Source: Terriglobia bacterium (GTDB lineage: Bacteria; Acidobacteriota; Terriglobia; 20CM-2-55-15). From it: a DNA stretch of 64,000 bases. Numbering within the stretch: the stretch's first letter is position 1; each line of letters begins with the position of its first letter. The notes under the pieces are model-generated. The model had not been told where the DNA came from, searched no databases, and saw only the letters and a list, made by a program, of their open reading frames with translations. Made by a program: the position numbers and the translations under genes. This document shows, piece by piece, positions 10,712-20,127 of the stretch. The stretch spans positions 320,001 to 384,000 of the forward strand of contig CAXWPJ010000010.1 in NCBI GenBank assembly GCA_963664115.2, read 5' to 3'.

Positions 10712-10885
10712 TCACCGCGAAGGCGCAAAGACGCAAAGAAGAATAAGAGGAGATAGGCTGTGTAAATTGCAGCTAAATGAACCTCTGCGTGTTCCCACAA
10801 AATTCTTGCTAATCCTGTCACGTCGGATCGAGCTAGAGGTATGCAGACCTATCCCGTCTTTTCTTCCTTTGCGCCTTTGCGGTCA
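10712..10885. repeat. Family-A inverted-repeat element copy 2
   Basis: Family termini plus conserved internal core. Confidence 0.85.
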
Positions 10886-10916
10886 ACACTCCCCTCGTGA
10901 GCTATACTTCGGGGTT

Positions 10917-13703
10917 ATGGCCAAGGCCCTGAAGCCATCTGAGGAAGAACGTATCGTCGTTCGCGGCGCCCGGGTTCACAACCTCAAGAACATCGATTTC
11001 GAAATCCCTCACAGTGCACTAACGGTCGTGACTGGCGTCAGCGGTTCGGGCAAGTCGTCGCTGGCTTTCGATACGATCTACGCTGAAGGTCAGCGGCGCT
11101 ATATCGAGTCCCTCTCCGCCTACGCCCGCCAGTTCCTGGAAAGGATAGAAAAACCCGATATCGACGATGCAACGGGCATTGCTCCGGCCATAGCTATCCG
11201 CCAGAGAAACACATCCCGGACACCGCGTTCCACGGTCGGGACTTCCACCGAAATTTACGACTATTTGCGCCTCCTCTTTGCACGCGTGGGTATCACCATC
11301 TGCAGACAGTGCGGGAAGATTGTGGAGCGCGATACCGTCGATCAAATATTCGCCGCCCTCGCCCGCTGGCCCGAAGGCACACGCTTCTACGTGCTGTTCC
11401 CGATCCCCCGCCTGGAGTCCGAGAGTGAGATTGCGGATTGCCTCGGAGATCTGAAGAGACGCGGCTTCGGAAAGGTGTATCAGGACGGTCGGACATTTGA
11501 ATATTCCCGGCCGGAATCCTTAATCGATGCGGACTTCACTCGCACAAGTTTCGTGCTTGTAGACCGTCTGACTGTTACACCGGACATGCGCCAACGGCTG
11601 ATCGACTCCATCGAGATCTGCTTTCATGAAAACGACGGTGAAGTCGTCATTCAGGAAGCTGCTCCCGAAGGCGGCACCCGTCCACAGCAGCGCTTCAGCG
11701 AACGTTTCGAGTGCAAAGTTTGCGATATTCGATGCGAAGATCCGGAACCCAGGCTATTTTCTTTTAACAATCCCTTTGGTGCGTGTTCGCGTTGTCAGGG
11801 ATTCGGCAACACGATCGACCTGGATATGAACTTGGCGGTGCCCGACAGGGGGAAGACTCTGGCGGAGGGCGCGATCGTGCCATGGACGAAGCCTCGGTTC
11901 CGTCGCTATCTGAACGACCTTAAGAAGGAAGCTCTCGAACGGTCAATTCCCCTGAACGTGCCCTTCCAGGAGCTGAGGGAGGAACATCAGTCTTTGGTCA
12001 CCCAAAAGATTCGTTCGTTCTTCGACTACCTCGAAACAAAAAAATACAAACTCCACGTGCGGGTCTTTCTCAGCCGCTACCGGGGCTACACCGTGTGTCC
12101 GGAATGCAAGGGAGCGCGCTTGAGGCAAGAGGCGCTCGATATCTTCATCGGCGACAAGAACATTGCTGACGTTTCCCGAATGTCTACCGCAGAAGCATTC
12201 GATTTCTTCAGTGCCCTGAAACTCACTCCGACCCAATCGGAGATCGCCGAACGTGTTCTTTGGGAAATCCAGACGCGCCTCCGCTTTCTGAACGACGTGG
12301 GGCTGCAATACCTGACCCTGGACCGTTTGTCGTCAACCCTGTCGGGTGGCGAAGCCCAGCGGATTCAGTTGGCAACTTCATTGGGCTCTACACTCGTGGG
12401 TGCTCTCTACGTTTTGGATGAACCGTCGATCGGACTCCATCCCAAAGACAGCGTCCGGCTGATCAACATCCTGAAACAGCTGCGGCAACTGGGAAACACG
12501 GTTCTCGTTGTAGAACACGACCGCGAAATGATAGGCGCCGCGGACTGGATCATCGACCTTGGACCCGGAGCCGGAGAAAAGGGTGGGAATCTTGTGTTCC
12601 AAGGACCGCTGGACCTGCTCGAAAAGACTCCGGCATCGCTAACCGGAAAGTACCTTAGCGGCGAACTCAAAATTCCCCTCCCGCGTCAAAGACGTAAACC
12701 TGGAAAACAGAAGCTGATCCTCCGTGGGGCATCCAAGCACAACCTTAAGAATGTTGACGTCGACATTCCTCTCGGACTGATGACTACAGTCACTGGTGTT
12801 TCCGGCTCCGGAAAATCCACACTTGTACACAACTGCCTCTACGAAGCTCTGCGAGCCTATCTCCAGGGAACCGAGCCCGATGGGGCGTCCGGATCGATCG
12901 AAGTAAACCCGAAATGGCTGGCAGATGTGGTACTCGTGGACCAGAGTCCGATAGGACGGACACCGCGATCGAATCCCGTGACTTACATCAAGGCCTTCGA
13001 TCAGGTCCGGGACCTGTTTGCATCGACGGAACGATCCCGGTCCCGCGGCTATACGGCCGGAAGTTTTTCCTTCAACATCCCCGGAGGACGTTGCGAAACA
13101 TGCCAGGGAGACGGAACCGTGACGGTGGAAATGCAGTTCCTCGCCGATGTCCATTTGGTGTGCGAAGAATGCAAGGGCATGCGCTACCGAAACGGCGTTT
13201 TGGAGGTTCTGTACAAAGGGAAGAATATTTACGATGTGCTTCAAATGACGGTTCGCGAAGCGATTCGCTTTTTCTCAGGCGCGGGGCGCATCGTGAAGAA
13301 ATTGACGATGCTGGACGAAGTGGGCTTGGGATATCTGCGCCTGGGACAGTCCGCAACAACGCTTTCTGGTGGAGAAGCCCAACGAATAAAGCTAGCATCT
13401 CATCTAGCGAAAGATACGAGCCCCAAGACCTTGTTCATTCTTGACGAACCGACGACGGGTCTTCACTTCGACGACATCAACAAGTTGCTGACCGCGTTCC
13501 GGCGTCTGATTCGTGCGGGAGCCTCGGTGTTGATCATCGAGCACAATCTCGACATCGTTAAATCGTCAGACTGGATCATCGATCTGGGACCGGAGGGCGG
13601 AGACGGCGGCGGAAAGGTCGTTGCCGTCGGAACACCTGAACAGATAGCGCGGTCGCGCCGATCAGCCACCGGTAAATTCCTGAAACCGATGCTGAAGGCT
13701 TAG
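10917..13703 (+). CDS. uvrA: Excinuclease ABC subunit A
   Basis: GARVHNLKN, two GVSGSGKS ABC modules, zinc fingers, LSGGEAQR twice; start moved to ATG 10917 because the longer ORF begins in the repeat. Confidence 0.95.
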   Translation: MAKALKPSEEERIVVRGARVHNLKNIDFEIPHSALTVVTGVSGSGKSSLAFDTIYAEGQRRYIESLSAYARQFLERIEKPDIDDATGIAPAIAIRQRNTSRTPRSTVGTSTEIYDYLRLLFARVGITICRQCGKIVERDTVDQIFAALARWPEGTRFYVLFPIPRLESESEIADCLGDLKRRGFGKVYQDGRTFEYSRPESLIDADFTRTSFVLVDRLTVTPDMRQRLIDSIEICFHENDGEVVIQEAAPEGGTRPQQRFSERFECKVCDIRCEDPEPRLFSFNNPFGACSRCQGFGNTIDLDMNLAVPDRGKTLAEGAIVPWTKPRFRRYLNDLKKEALERSIPLNVPFQELREEHQSLVTQKIRSFFDYLETKKYKLHVRVFLSRYRGYTVCPECKGARLRQEALDIFIGDKNIADVSRMSTAEAFDFFSALKLTPTQSEIAERVLWEIQTRLRFLNDVGLQYLTLDRLSSTLSGGEAQRIQLATSLGSTLVGALYVLDEPSIGLHPKDSVRLINILKQLRQLGNTVLVVEHDREMIGAADWIIDLGPGAGEKGGNLVFQGPLDLLEKTPASLTGKYLSGELKIPLPRQRRKPGKQKLILRGASKHNLKNVDVDIPLGLMTTVTGVSGSGKSTLVHNCLYEALRAYLQGTEPDGASGSIEVNPKWLADVVLVDQSPIGRTPRSNPVTYIKAFDQVRDLFASTERSRSRGYTAGSFSFNIPGGRCETCQGDGTVTVEMQFLADVHLVCEECKGMRYRNGVLEVLYKGKNIYDVLQMTVREAIRFFSGAGRIVKKLTMLDEVGLGYLRLGQSATTLSGGEAQRIKLASHLAKDTSPKTLFILDEPTTGLHFDDINKLLTAFRRLIRAGASVLIIEHNLDIVKSSDWIIDLGPEGGDGGGKVVAVGTPEQIARSRRSATGKFLKPMLKA

Positions 13704-13756
13704 CAGTTCATGATTAACGTCAAAGCCGGCAGCGCTACGTCGCGCCGTTCGCAAAA

Positions 13757-13936
13757 GATTTCGCTCGGTCGTTCTTACGGCCATCCTGGCCGAACGACCG
13801 GCGACCCTCACCATCATCCTGATGGCGAGGCTTATGGGGATCAGCGGAATGTCGAAACCGTTCCCGAAAAGGTCTCGCACCGGTCCGACGGTGCGAGTGG
13901 ACGGCTTTCAGATTAACGAAGCGGTAGCCGAGGCGT
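13757..13936. ncRNA. Multi-hairpin structured element copy B
   Basis: GATTTCGCTCGGTCGTTC...GAACGACCG, CCATCATCCTGATGG, CTCGCACCG...CGGTGCGAG, GCCGAGGCGT. Confidence 0.6.
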
Positions 13937-13948
13937 CAGAGTAAGCGG

Positions 13949-15184
13949 ATGATCGTCCAACTTCTTCTAGTCCTTCTCGTTCAAACTGCGGCAGTTGACA
14001 CGCCGAATCCGCTAGAGGAACTCTACGCCGAAGCCATGACAGCGATGGAGGCCGGAGACTGGACCGAAGCGATATCCAGGCTCGAGGCGATCTTGCTCGA
14101 GGACCCGTCTCACGTCAGCTCCCGTTTTAATCTCGCTGTATCGCTCGGCGAAGCGGGGCAAACGGACCGTGCTCTGGAGTCGTACCGCGCCATACTTGAT
14201 GCAGACCCCACGATCTTCGAGGCCCGGATGAACCTAGCCATCCTCATGCACGAACATGATATGTCCGATGACGCGATCGTGGAGTTTAGCGCAGCGGCCC
14301 GCCTGCGGCCGGAAGACCCGCTGCCTGCGCTGTACCGGGCACAGCTGCTCGACCAGAGCGATCGCATCGACGAAACGATCCAGGCATATGAGGTCGTTCT
14401 CGGCATCGATCCCGAGCTTGTGGAGGCGCACGAGCGATTGGGATTCATTTACCGGGACATGGACGACACCGATCAAGCCATCCGGGAGTTCAGTGAGGCG
14501 ATACGCCTGGGATCGCTTGCCCCAGCAATGTTTGTAGCGGCCGGAGATATCGAATCCGATCGAGACAATCTGGATGCCGCGCGCGAGTACTACGAAAGGG
14601 CCGCCGCACTCGTCCCAGGTGACGCCGACATCCGGCTTCGGCTTGCGCTGGTCCTAAGAAACCAGGAACAGCTGCCCGAAGCGATTGCGATCCTTGAGGA
14701 CCTGGAAGAATCGGACCCTGTTCTGGCTGAGGCATACATGGCGGCCGAGATGTACGCCGAAGCGGCTGCCGTGTTTGAGCGTCTGACGGCGCAGAATCCC
14801 GAAATCTCAGATTATTGGTACATGTTGGGCCGGGCGTACTTCCTGACAGGTATGAGCGAGCAGGCAGAGTTCGTCCTTCAACGAGCCATGAGCATCGAAC
14901 CGGAACGGGTCGCGGGTTGGGGAACACTGGCGGCAATCTACATGGAGCGCGAAGACTGGCAGAGTGCTGGCGTCATGCTGCTCCAGTACGTCACTTTAGA
15001 GCCGGATCACGCGCCTTCCCACTTCGCAGTCGCGCTCTGTTTCGACAATTTGGGAGAATTCGAAAGGGCATTGATGCACTATAATAGGTTCATTGAGCTC
15101 GACGACGGATCGGACGATGTCCGGTCTTTTCAGGTCAGACAAAGGGCAGAATCACTTGAGCGCTATCTCAGTGAAAACGAATAG
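13949..15184 (+). CDS. Secreted tetratricopeptide-repeat protein
   Basis: Signal peptide and multiple TPR-like helical repeats. Confidence 0.85.
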   Translation: MIVQLLLVLLVQTAAVDTPNPLEELYAEAMTAMEAGDWTEAISRLEAILLEDPSHVSSRFNLAVSLGEAGQTDRALESYRAILDADPTIFEARMNLAILMHEHDMSDDAIVEFSAAARLRPEDPLPALYRAQLLDQSDRIDETIQAYEVVLGIDPELVEAHERLGFIYRDMDDTDQAIREFSEAIRLGSLAPAMFVAAGDIESDRDNLDAAREYYERAAALVPGDADIRLRLALVLRNQEQLPEAIAILEDLEESDPVLAEAYMAAEMYAEAAAVFERLTAQNPEISDYWYMLGRAYFLTGMSEQAEFVLQRAMSIEPERVAGWGTLAAIYMEREDWQSAGVMLLQYVTLEPDHAPSHFAVALCFDNLGEFERALMHYNRFIELDDGSDDVRSFQVRQRAESLERYLSENE

Positions 15185-15686
15185 CTCGCATCTAGTCAGA
15201 GCGTTCTTCGCAGGTATTGCACTCCTCGGATTGATCGGCTGTTCGAGTCGTCCAAACGTGTTCACCGAATCGCTTGACGAGCGTTTGCGGCGGCTCAACG
15301 AAGAGCGGACCCGACTCGAGACCACGACCAACCCTGTCGCGCGGACGCGCATCCAGATTCGTATTTCAGACTTGCTGATCAGCTTCGTAGGAGACGCCGT
15401 GGACCTGGGCGATGTGGAACTCATCGACGAACGTGTCCGTGAGTACACAGAGACCATTGTTGACGCGAGAGACACGATGGTGAATTCCGGGCGGAACGCT
15501 GTAAACGATGCCAGCGGTTACAGGGAACTGGAAATAGCGTTACGACAACACATCCGACAGGTCGGCGACATCGGTGCACAGCTGAACTTTGAGCGCAGAC
15601 AGGTTCTGGATCAGCTCATCATCCAGATATCCGATATACGTGAAGAAATGCTCGACATGCTTTTCCCGGAACAAGATGCGATTTAG
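15171..15686 (+). CDS. Hypothetical helical lipoprotein
   Basis: GTG start overlapping the upstream gene end; lipobox LIGC. Confidence 0.65.
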   Translation: MKTNSSHLVRAFFAGIALLGLIGCSSRPNVFTESLDERLRRLNEERTRLETTTNPVARTRIQIRISDLLISFVGDAVDLGDVELIDERVREYTETIVDARDTMVNSGRNAVNDASGYRELEIALRQHIRQVGDIGAQLNFERRQVLDQLIIQISDIREEMLDMLFPEQDAI

Positions 15687-16284
15687 TAAGGCGGCCGGAC
15701 TCATCGTCCTCCTGCTCAGCTTGTCCCCTGCCACAGGGGCCTTTGCACAGGACTATTTCACCGACCTTGAAATAGACGAGATTCGTGGAGCACAGGAAAT
15801 TGACAAACGTGTCGGCATCCTCCTTCAGATCGGCCAGGTCCGGCTAGCACAATTGGGACTGGTAGAACTGGAAGAGGAGGTCCAGAGCACGACCGGAACC
15901 AGCCGTATCACTCGAGCCATCGTACGTGTTCTGAGTCGCGGCACTGCCGATGAGTTGGACAAGGCCGAAGAGGAGCTGGAAGTTTTCGACAGCGATCTCT
16001 CCCAATTCGATAGGACAGAGCTGCTTCGAGGCTATTTTCAGGCGCTGGAAGAAACGATGGACAACATCGACGACGCCTACGAGCAGAATCGGGGCGACCT
16101 CCGGGAGCCTCTCGACTCGCTGAAGAATTTTACGGAGCAGTCGATTCCGCTGCTCCGGGAGTTTGAAGTGGAAAACGAATCGGAAGAGATCGCCCTTGAG
16201 GATGCCATCGCACAGGCCGAACTGGCCCTGGAAGGCGCAGAGGCCGCCATCGAGATAATTCCGAAAACCGAAAGAGACCGGTGA
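15676..16284 (+). CDS. Hypothetical secreted acidic helical protein
   Basis: Signal peptide ending AFA-Q; overlaps both neighbours. Confidence 0.65.
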   Translation: MRFSKAAGLIVLLLSLSPATGAFAQDYFTDLEIDEIRGAQEIDKRVGILLQIGQVRLAQLGLVELEEEVQSTTGTSRITRAIVRVLSRGTADELDKAEEELEVFDSDLSQFDRTELLRGYFQALEETMDNIDDAYEQNRGDLREPLDSLKNFTEQSIPLLREFEVENESEEIALEDAIAQAELALEGAEAAIEIIPKTERDR

Positions 16285-16967
16285 CCGAGCTTGAGTGCGC
16301 CGTCCGAAAAATCCACCACGAACTGAAACCACGCACGGCCCTGCCTACAATCGAAACAGAGTTTTTCCCATCCGTTGGAGCCAACCATTCGGCGACGCTT
16401 GAAGAGGGTGTCCTCCGGGTACGGGTCAGCGATCTGTTTGCCGACGCCCCCCTCGAAATCCTCGAGACGGTCGCAATTATTCTGCTGTCGAAGCTTTACC
16501 GGAAGAAGATTGATGCCGAGCGCCAGAAGGACTACCGTCGATATACGATGAGCCACCGCATGTTGGAGCGTAGCCGTCGCTTTCGTTCTGAAAGAGGCCG
16601 GCCCACCCCGACAACCTCCCCTCAGGGGCGGTGCTACGACCTCGACACTCTCTTTGACGCAATCAATGTCAGCTGCTTCGACGGTACGCTCCCGAAACCC
16701 CAACTCTCATGGACACGGAGAAAAGCCCGGTCCACTCTGGGCCGCTACGACTTCGAACAGGACGTAATATTCGTCAGCCGGTATCTCGATTCCGACACAA
16801 TCCCCTCACACGTCATCGAGTACATTCTGTTCCACGAAATGCTCCATGTGAAGCACGGCACCGAAATCAAAGGTCTCCGGGAGATCGTTCATACGCCGGC
16901 CTTCCGCCGAGAAGAGAAACTGTTCACACACTACCAGGCTGCCAGTGACTGGCTGGCGAGCCACTAA
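16281..16967 (+). CDS. SprT/YgjP-like zinc metallopeptidase domain protein
   Basis: YDLDTLFDAIN...LGRY...YILFHEMLH...HTPAF. Confidence 0.8.
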   Translation: MTELECAVRKIHHELKPRTALPTIETEFFPSVGANHSATLEEGVLRVRVSDLFADAPLEILETVAIILLSKLYRKKIDAERQKDYRRYTMSHRMLERSRRFRSERGRPTPTTSPQGRCYDLDTLFDAINVSCFDGTLPKPQLSWTRRKARSTLGRYDFEQDVIFVSRYLDSDTIPSHVIEYILFHEMLHVKHGTEIKGLREIVHTPAFRREEKLFTHYQAASDWLASH

Positions 16968-17020
16968 AGAAGACTGACGAAAAGACCCGCGGCCAAAGCC
17001 TCTTTCCCCGTGTTTTGCAG

Positions 17021-17170
17021 CTTTCCACAGAACTTGTGGAAAAGTCTGTGCAAAAACCTGTGCCGTCTATCGCTAAGCGTGCCTAAAACTATAGTTTATA
17101 GCGTTTTGCACCTTTTCCTGTCACCAGGGCAACTGTTGAAAAAACGGCAATTTTTTCAAATAAAAGGAAA
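17021..17170. promoter_or_regulatory. Cluster of DnaA-box-like 9-mers in an AT-rich intergenic region
   Basis: CTTTCCACA 17021, TGTGGAAAA 17035, TGTGCAAAA 17047, TTTTGCACC 17104, TGTTGAAAA 17134 versus consensus TTWTNCACA/TGTGNAWAA. Confidence 0.55.
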
Positions 17171-17193
17171 AATCTGCATCAGGAATTCAAGTC

Positions 17194-17372
17194 TCACCGC
17201 GAAGGCGCAAAGACACAAAGGGAGGAGGAAGAAAATAGATTGCCTTCGCCCATTCGACCGGAAGCGCCAGGATGAGCGACGCCGCTGTTGGGAATCCCTT
17301 AGATTCAATCCCAATCGATCTTATCCGGCCTATGGCTCCTTCCCCCTTTGCGTCTTTGCGCCTTTGCGGTTA
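17194..17372. repeat. Family-A inverted-repeat element copy 3 (overlaps hflX 3' end)
   Basis: Family termini; encodes the HflX tail NRKGAKTQRGKEP*. Confidence 0.85.
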
Positions 17373-18412
17373 ACGCTTCCTTTCCCTTTCGGGATCGCTT
17401 CCAGTATCCGGCCTTTCAGTTCCGCAATGCCTTCTCCCACAAGCGCAGAAATTGCGATGTCGTGAGATCCAAGCTCAGGTTTGTGATCAATGTTGTCACA
17501 CTTGTTATAGACGCGAATCTGGGGATGCGTTTCACACGCCAGGTCCGTGAGAACCTCATCGACCGCTCGGATCTTGTCCGGATGATCCGGATCGGAGGCG
17601 TCGATGACGTGCAGGATCAGGTCTGATGCGGTCACTTCTTCCAGAGTGGCACGAAAGGCCGTTACCAGCTGGTGGGGCAGCTTCCTAATGAAACCTACGG
17701 TATCGGAAACCAGAACCTCGGTTCCGGCCCCTAGCCGAATCCGTCGAACGATGGGGTCCAGGGTTGCGAAGACCTGATTCGAAACAAGCGTGTCCTGACC
17801 CGACAGCCTTTCAAATAGAGTCGACTTACCGGCATTGGTATATCCAACCAGCGAAACGGTCGGCATATGGCTTCTCTTTCGCTGGGAACGGTGCAACTGG
17901 CGGTGTTTACGAACCTGCTCGATATCCCGGCTCAACTTGGACATCCGGCTCCGGAGGCGGCGGCGATCCACTTCGAGCTGGGTTTCGCCTGGCCCCCGCG
18001 TCCCGATACCTCCACCCAGCCTCGACAACAATTCGCCACGACCTGCCAGATGCGAGATGCGATAGCTCAGCTGAGCCAGTTCCACCTGGAGCTTGCCTTC
18101 CCGAGTCTGAGCGCGGCGGGAGAATATGTCCAGGATCAACCCGGTCCTGTCGATTACTTTCGTCTCGAGGAGACGCTCCAGGTTACGAACCTGGCTGGCG
18201 CTGAGTTCCTCGTCGAAAACAACCAGGTCGGCCTGTACCAGCAGGACTTCATCACGGACTTCAGCCGCTTTGCCTTTACCGACGAAGTACCGAGCGTCGG
18301 GCTGGTCCCGGTGCTGGACGAACTCGGCCACAACGCGGCCACCCGCGGCTGTAGTAAGTTCCCGGAGCTCGTCGAGGGACTCCAGTCCGACCAGAATCGC
18401 GGTTTCGCTCAT
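17330..18412 (-). CDS. hflX: GTPase HflX
   Basis: GGIGTRGPGETQLE, GYTNAGKST, DTVGFI and NKCD motifs; downstream of hfq. Confidence 0.95.
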   Translation of the reverse strand: MSETAILVGLESLDELRELTTAAGGRVVAEFVQHRDQPDARYFVGKGKAAEVRDEVLLVQADLVVFDEELSASQVRNLERLLETKVIDRTGLILDIFSRRAQTREGKLQVELAQLSYRISHLAGRGELLSRLGGGIGTRGPGETQLEVDRRRLRSRMSKLSRDIEQVRKHRQLHRSQRKRSHMPTVSLVGYTNAGKSTLFERLSGQDTLVSNQVFATLDPIVRRIRLGAGTEVLVSDTVGFIRKLPHQLVTAFRATLEEVTASDLILHVIDASDPDHPDKIRAVDEVLTDLACETHPQIRVYNKCDNIDHKPELGSHDIAISALVGEGIAELKGRILEAIPKGKGSVNRKGAKTQRGKEP

Positions 18413-18525
18413 AGGGGACGGACACTCCTCGCTACATCTTCACCTGAAGACGGGGTTAGGGGACGGACACTTCCCCCTACAGCTTCACCTGAAGACGACG
18501 TGTCGATTGAAGTTGTCCGTCCCCT
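18413..18525. repeat. REP-like element: two 45-bp-period direct units closed by an inverted repeat
   Basis: AGGGGACGGACACT...CTTCACCTGAAGACG at 18413 and 18458; TGTCCGTCCCCT at 18514-18525. Confidence 0.75.
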
Positions 18526-18526
18526 C

Positions 18527-18811
18527 TCACGGCGTCTCTTGCGGTGGAGGAGGCGGTGGAGGGGGCTCTCTCCGAGGTCCCTGAGAACGCGGAGGCGAAG
18601 ACCCCGGCCGGGAAGTCGTGACCGTCGAGATCGCGTGTTTGAAAATCAGCTGGTCCTGGTGATTCGCCTCCAGGATGACCGAGAACTTGTCGAAGCCCCG
18701 CAGCCGCCCCATGAGCTTCACACCGCTCATCAGAAAGATCGTCACGGGTATCTTTTCGCGACGCACGGTGTTGAGATAAACATCCTGGACATTTTGAGTT
18801 TTGTTTTCCAT
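18527..18811 (-). CDS. hfq: RNA chaperone Hfq
   Basis: QNVQDVYLN...[11 protein letters not shown]...FDKF...[11 protein letters not shown]; Pro-rich tail. Confidence 0.96.
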   Translation of the reverse strand: MENKTQNVQDVYLNTVRREKIPVTIFLMSGVKLMGRLRGFDKFSVILEANHQDQLIFKHAISTVTTSRPGSSPPRSQGPRREPPPPPPPPQETP

Positions 18812-18859
18812 AAGGGAACCCCCCTAAAAAGTTGATCTGAAAAATCCGGAGATCGCGTC

Positions 18860-19852
18860 CTAATTCCCAAGCGATGGCTCGTTCAATTGCCTGGTCGTGA
18901 GAGACCCAGGAATCTGTCCGGAATTTCCAAATGCATGGTCAATATACCGATGGATTCGTTCTTTCATATCGTCTTCATTCCCGAATCCATCGAACCAGGT
19001 AACCGAATGTTGCTTCTTAAACCACGTCAGCTGGCGTTTCGCATACCGACGCGTCTCACGTCCAGTTAACATTATCGCCTCATCGAGTCCAATAGCGCCA
19101 TCAATGTATTCCAAAACCTGACGATATCCGATCGCTCGGAACGCGTTCGCCTCTGGCGCCACTCCACTCTCAAGAATCCGCTTAACTTCTTCAACCAGGC
19201 CAACTTTCCACATCCGCCGGACGCGTTCTTCTATCCGTTCATATAGGGCGGCGCGCGGTGGATCGAGACCGACGACACTGAAAGCGAAACCCTGGATAGG
19301 CCGCCGGGGCGCTCTATCCAAATGGGATGAAAGCTTCCGCCCCGTCGTGAGACGGACTTCAAGAGCGCGAATCACTTTCGGAAGATCCCGCGGTGCGATG
19401 CGCAGAGCCGTGGGAGGGTCCAGCCGTTCGAGCAGCGAATGGAGATACTCCCGCCCCTTTTCTCGAGCAATTACCTCCATGCGGTCACGCCAGTAGGTGG
19501 ATCGCTGCGGTCCGTCAAAAAGTCCCTCCATGACGGCCCTCAGATAGAGCCCCGTCCCCCCCACCAGTATCGGTAACTTGTTTCGCTTGCGAATGTCATC
19601 GAGGACCTCGCGGGCACGCCATTGGTATTCGCCGGCACTGAAACCCTCATCCGGTTCGAGGATATCGATCAGATGGTGAGGAACCCGACACTGCTCATCT
19701 TCCGAGGGCTTGGCCGTACCGATATCCAGATGGCGAAAGATCTGGAGGGAATCGTAATTGACAATCTCACCATCGAAGCCCTCGGCGAGGTACAGGGCGA
19801 GATCAGACTTTCCACTGGCGGTCGGACCCGCGATCGCTATCGCAGGATACAT
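18860..19852 (-). CDS. miaA: tRNA dimethylallyltransferase
   Basis: GPTASGKS, DSLQ...DIGTAKP, VGGTGLY and YAKRQLTWF motifs. Confidence 0.95.
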   Translation of the reverse strand: MYPAIAIAGPTASGKSDLALYLAEGFDGEIVNYDSLQIFRHLDIGTAKPSEDEQCRVPHHLIDILEPDEGFSAGEYQWRAREVLDDIRKRNKLPILVGGTGLYLRAVMEGLFDGPQRSTYWRDRMEVIAREKGREYLHSLLERLDPPTALRIAPRDLPKVIRALEVRLTTGRKLSSHLDRAPRRPIQGFAFSVVGLDPPRAALYERIEERVRRMWKVGLVEEVKRILESGVAPEANAFRAIGYRQVLEYIDGAIGLDEAIMLTGRETRRYAKRQLTWFKKQHSVTWFDGFGNEDDMKERIHRYIDHAFGNSGQIPGSLTTRQLNEPSLGN

Positions 19853-19930
19853 GCGAGTGTTCCGACTTAAAACTGCATTACTCGATAGATTTGCCATCTT
19901 CCGAACCGAAGCGATCATTTTATTCCACCG

Positions 19931-20096
19931 ACGCCTCGGCTCCGCCTCGTTGTCCACCCGCACCGTCGGACCGGTGCGGGTTGTTTTGGGAACTGCTTCA
20001 ATTTTCCATCGATGCCTATTGGCCTCGCCATCAGGATGATGGCGAGGGTCGCCGGTCGTTCAGACAGGATGTCTGATCGAACGACCGAGCGAAATC
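19931..20096. ncRNA. Multi-hairpin structured element copy C (inverted relative to A and B)
   Basis: Plus strand shows CACCGTCGGACCGGTG, CCATCAGGATGATGG and CAGACAGGATGTCTG. Confidence 0.6.
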
Positions 20097-20127
20097 TTAT
20101 GTCGCAAACTTCTGATTCGCGACACTC

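Noticed and set aside
7206-13916. Similar short ORFs 7206-7466 and 13710-13916 (GRTT.DP.HHPDGEAY) as a protein family
   Set aside because: The similarity follows the conserved hairpins. Indels and compensatory changes track base pairing rather than codons, and the ORFs diverge in frame at their ends.
17000-17175. Firm call of oriC
   Set aside because: No dnaA/dnaN/gidA nearby, flanking genes converge, and skew cannot be assessed from this window; reported only as a DnaA-box cluster.
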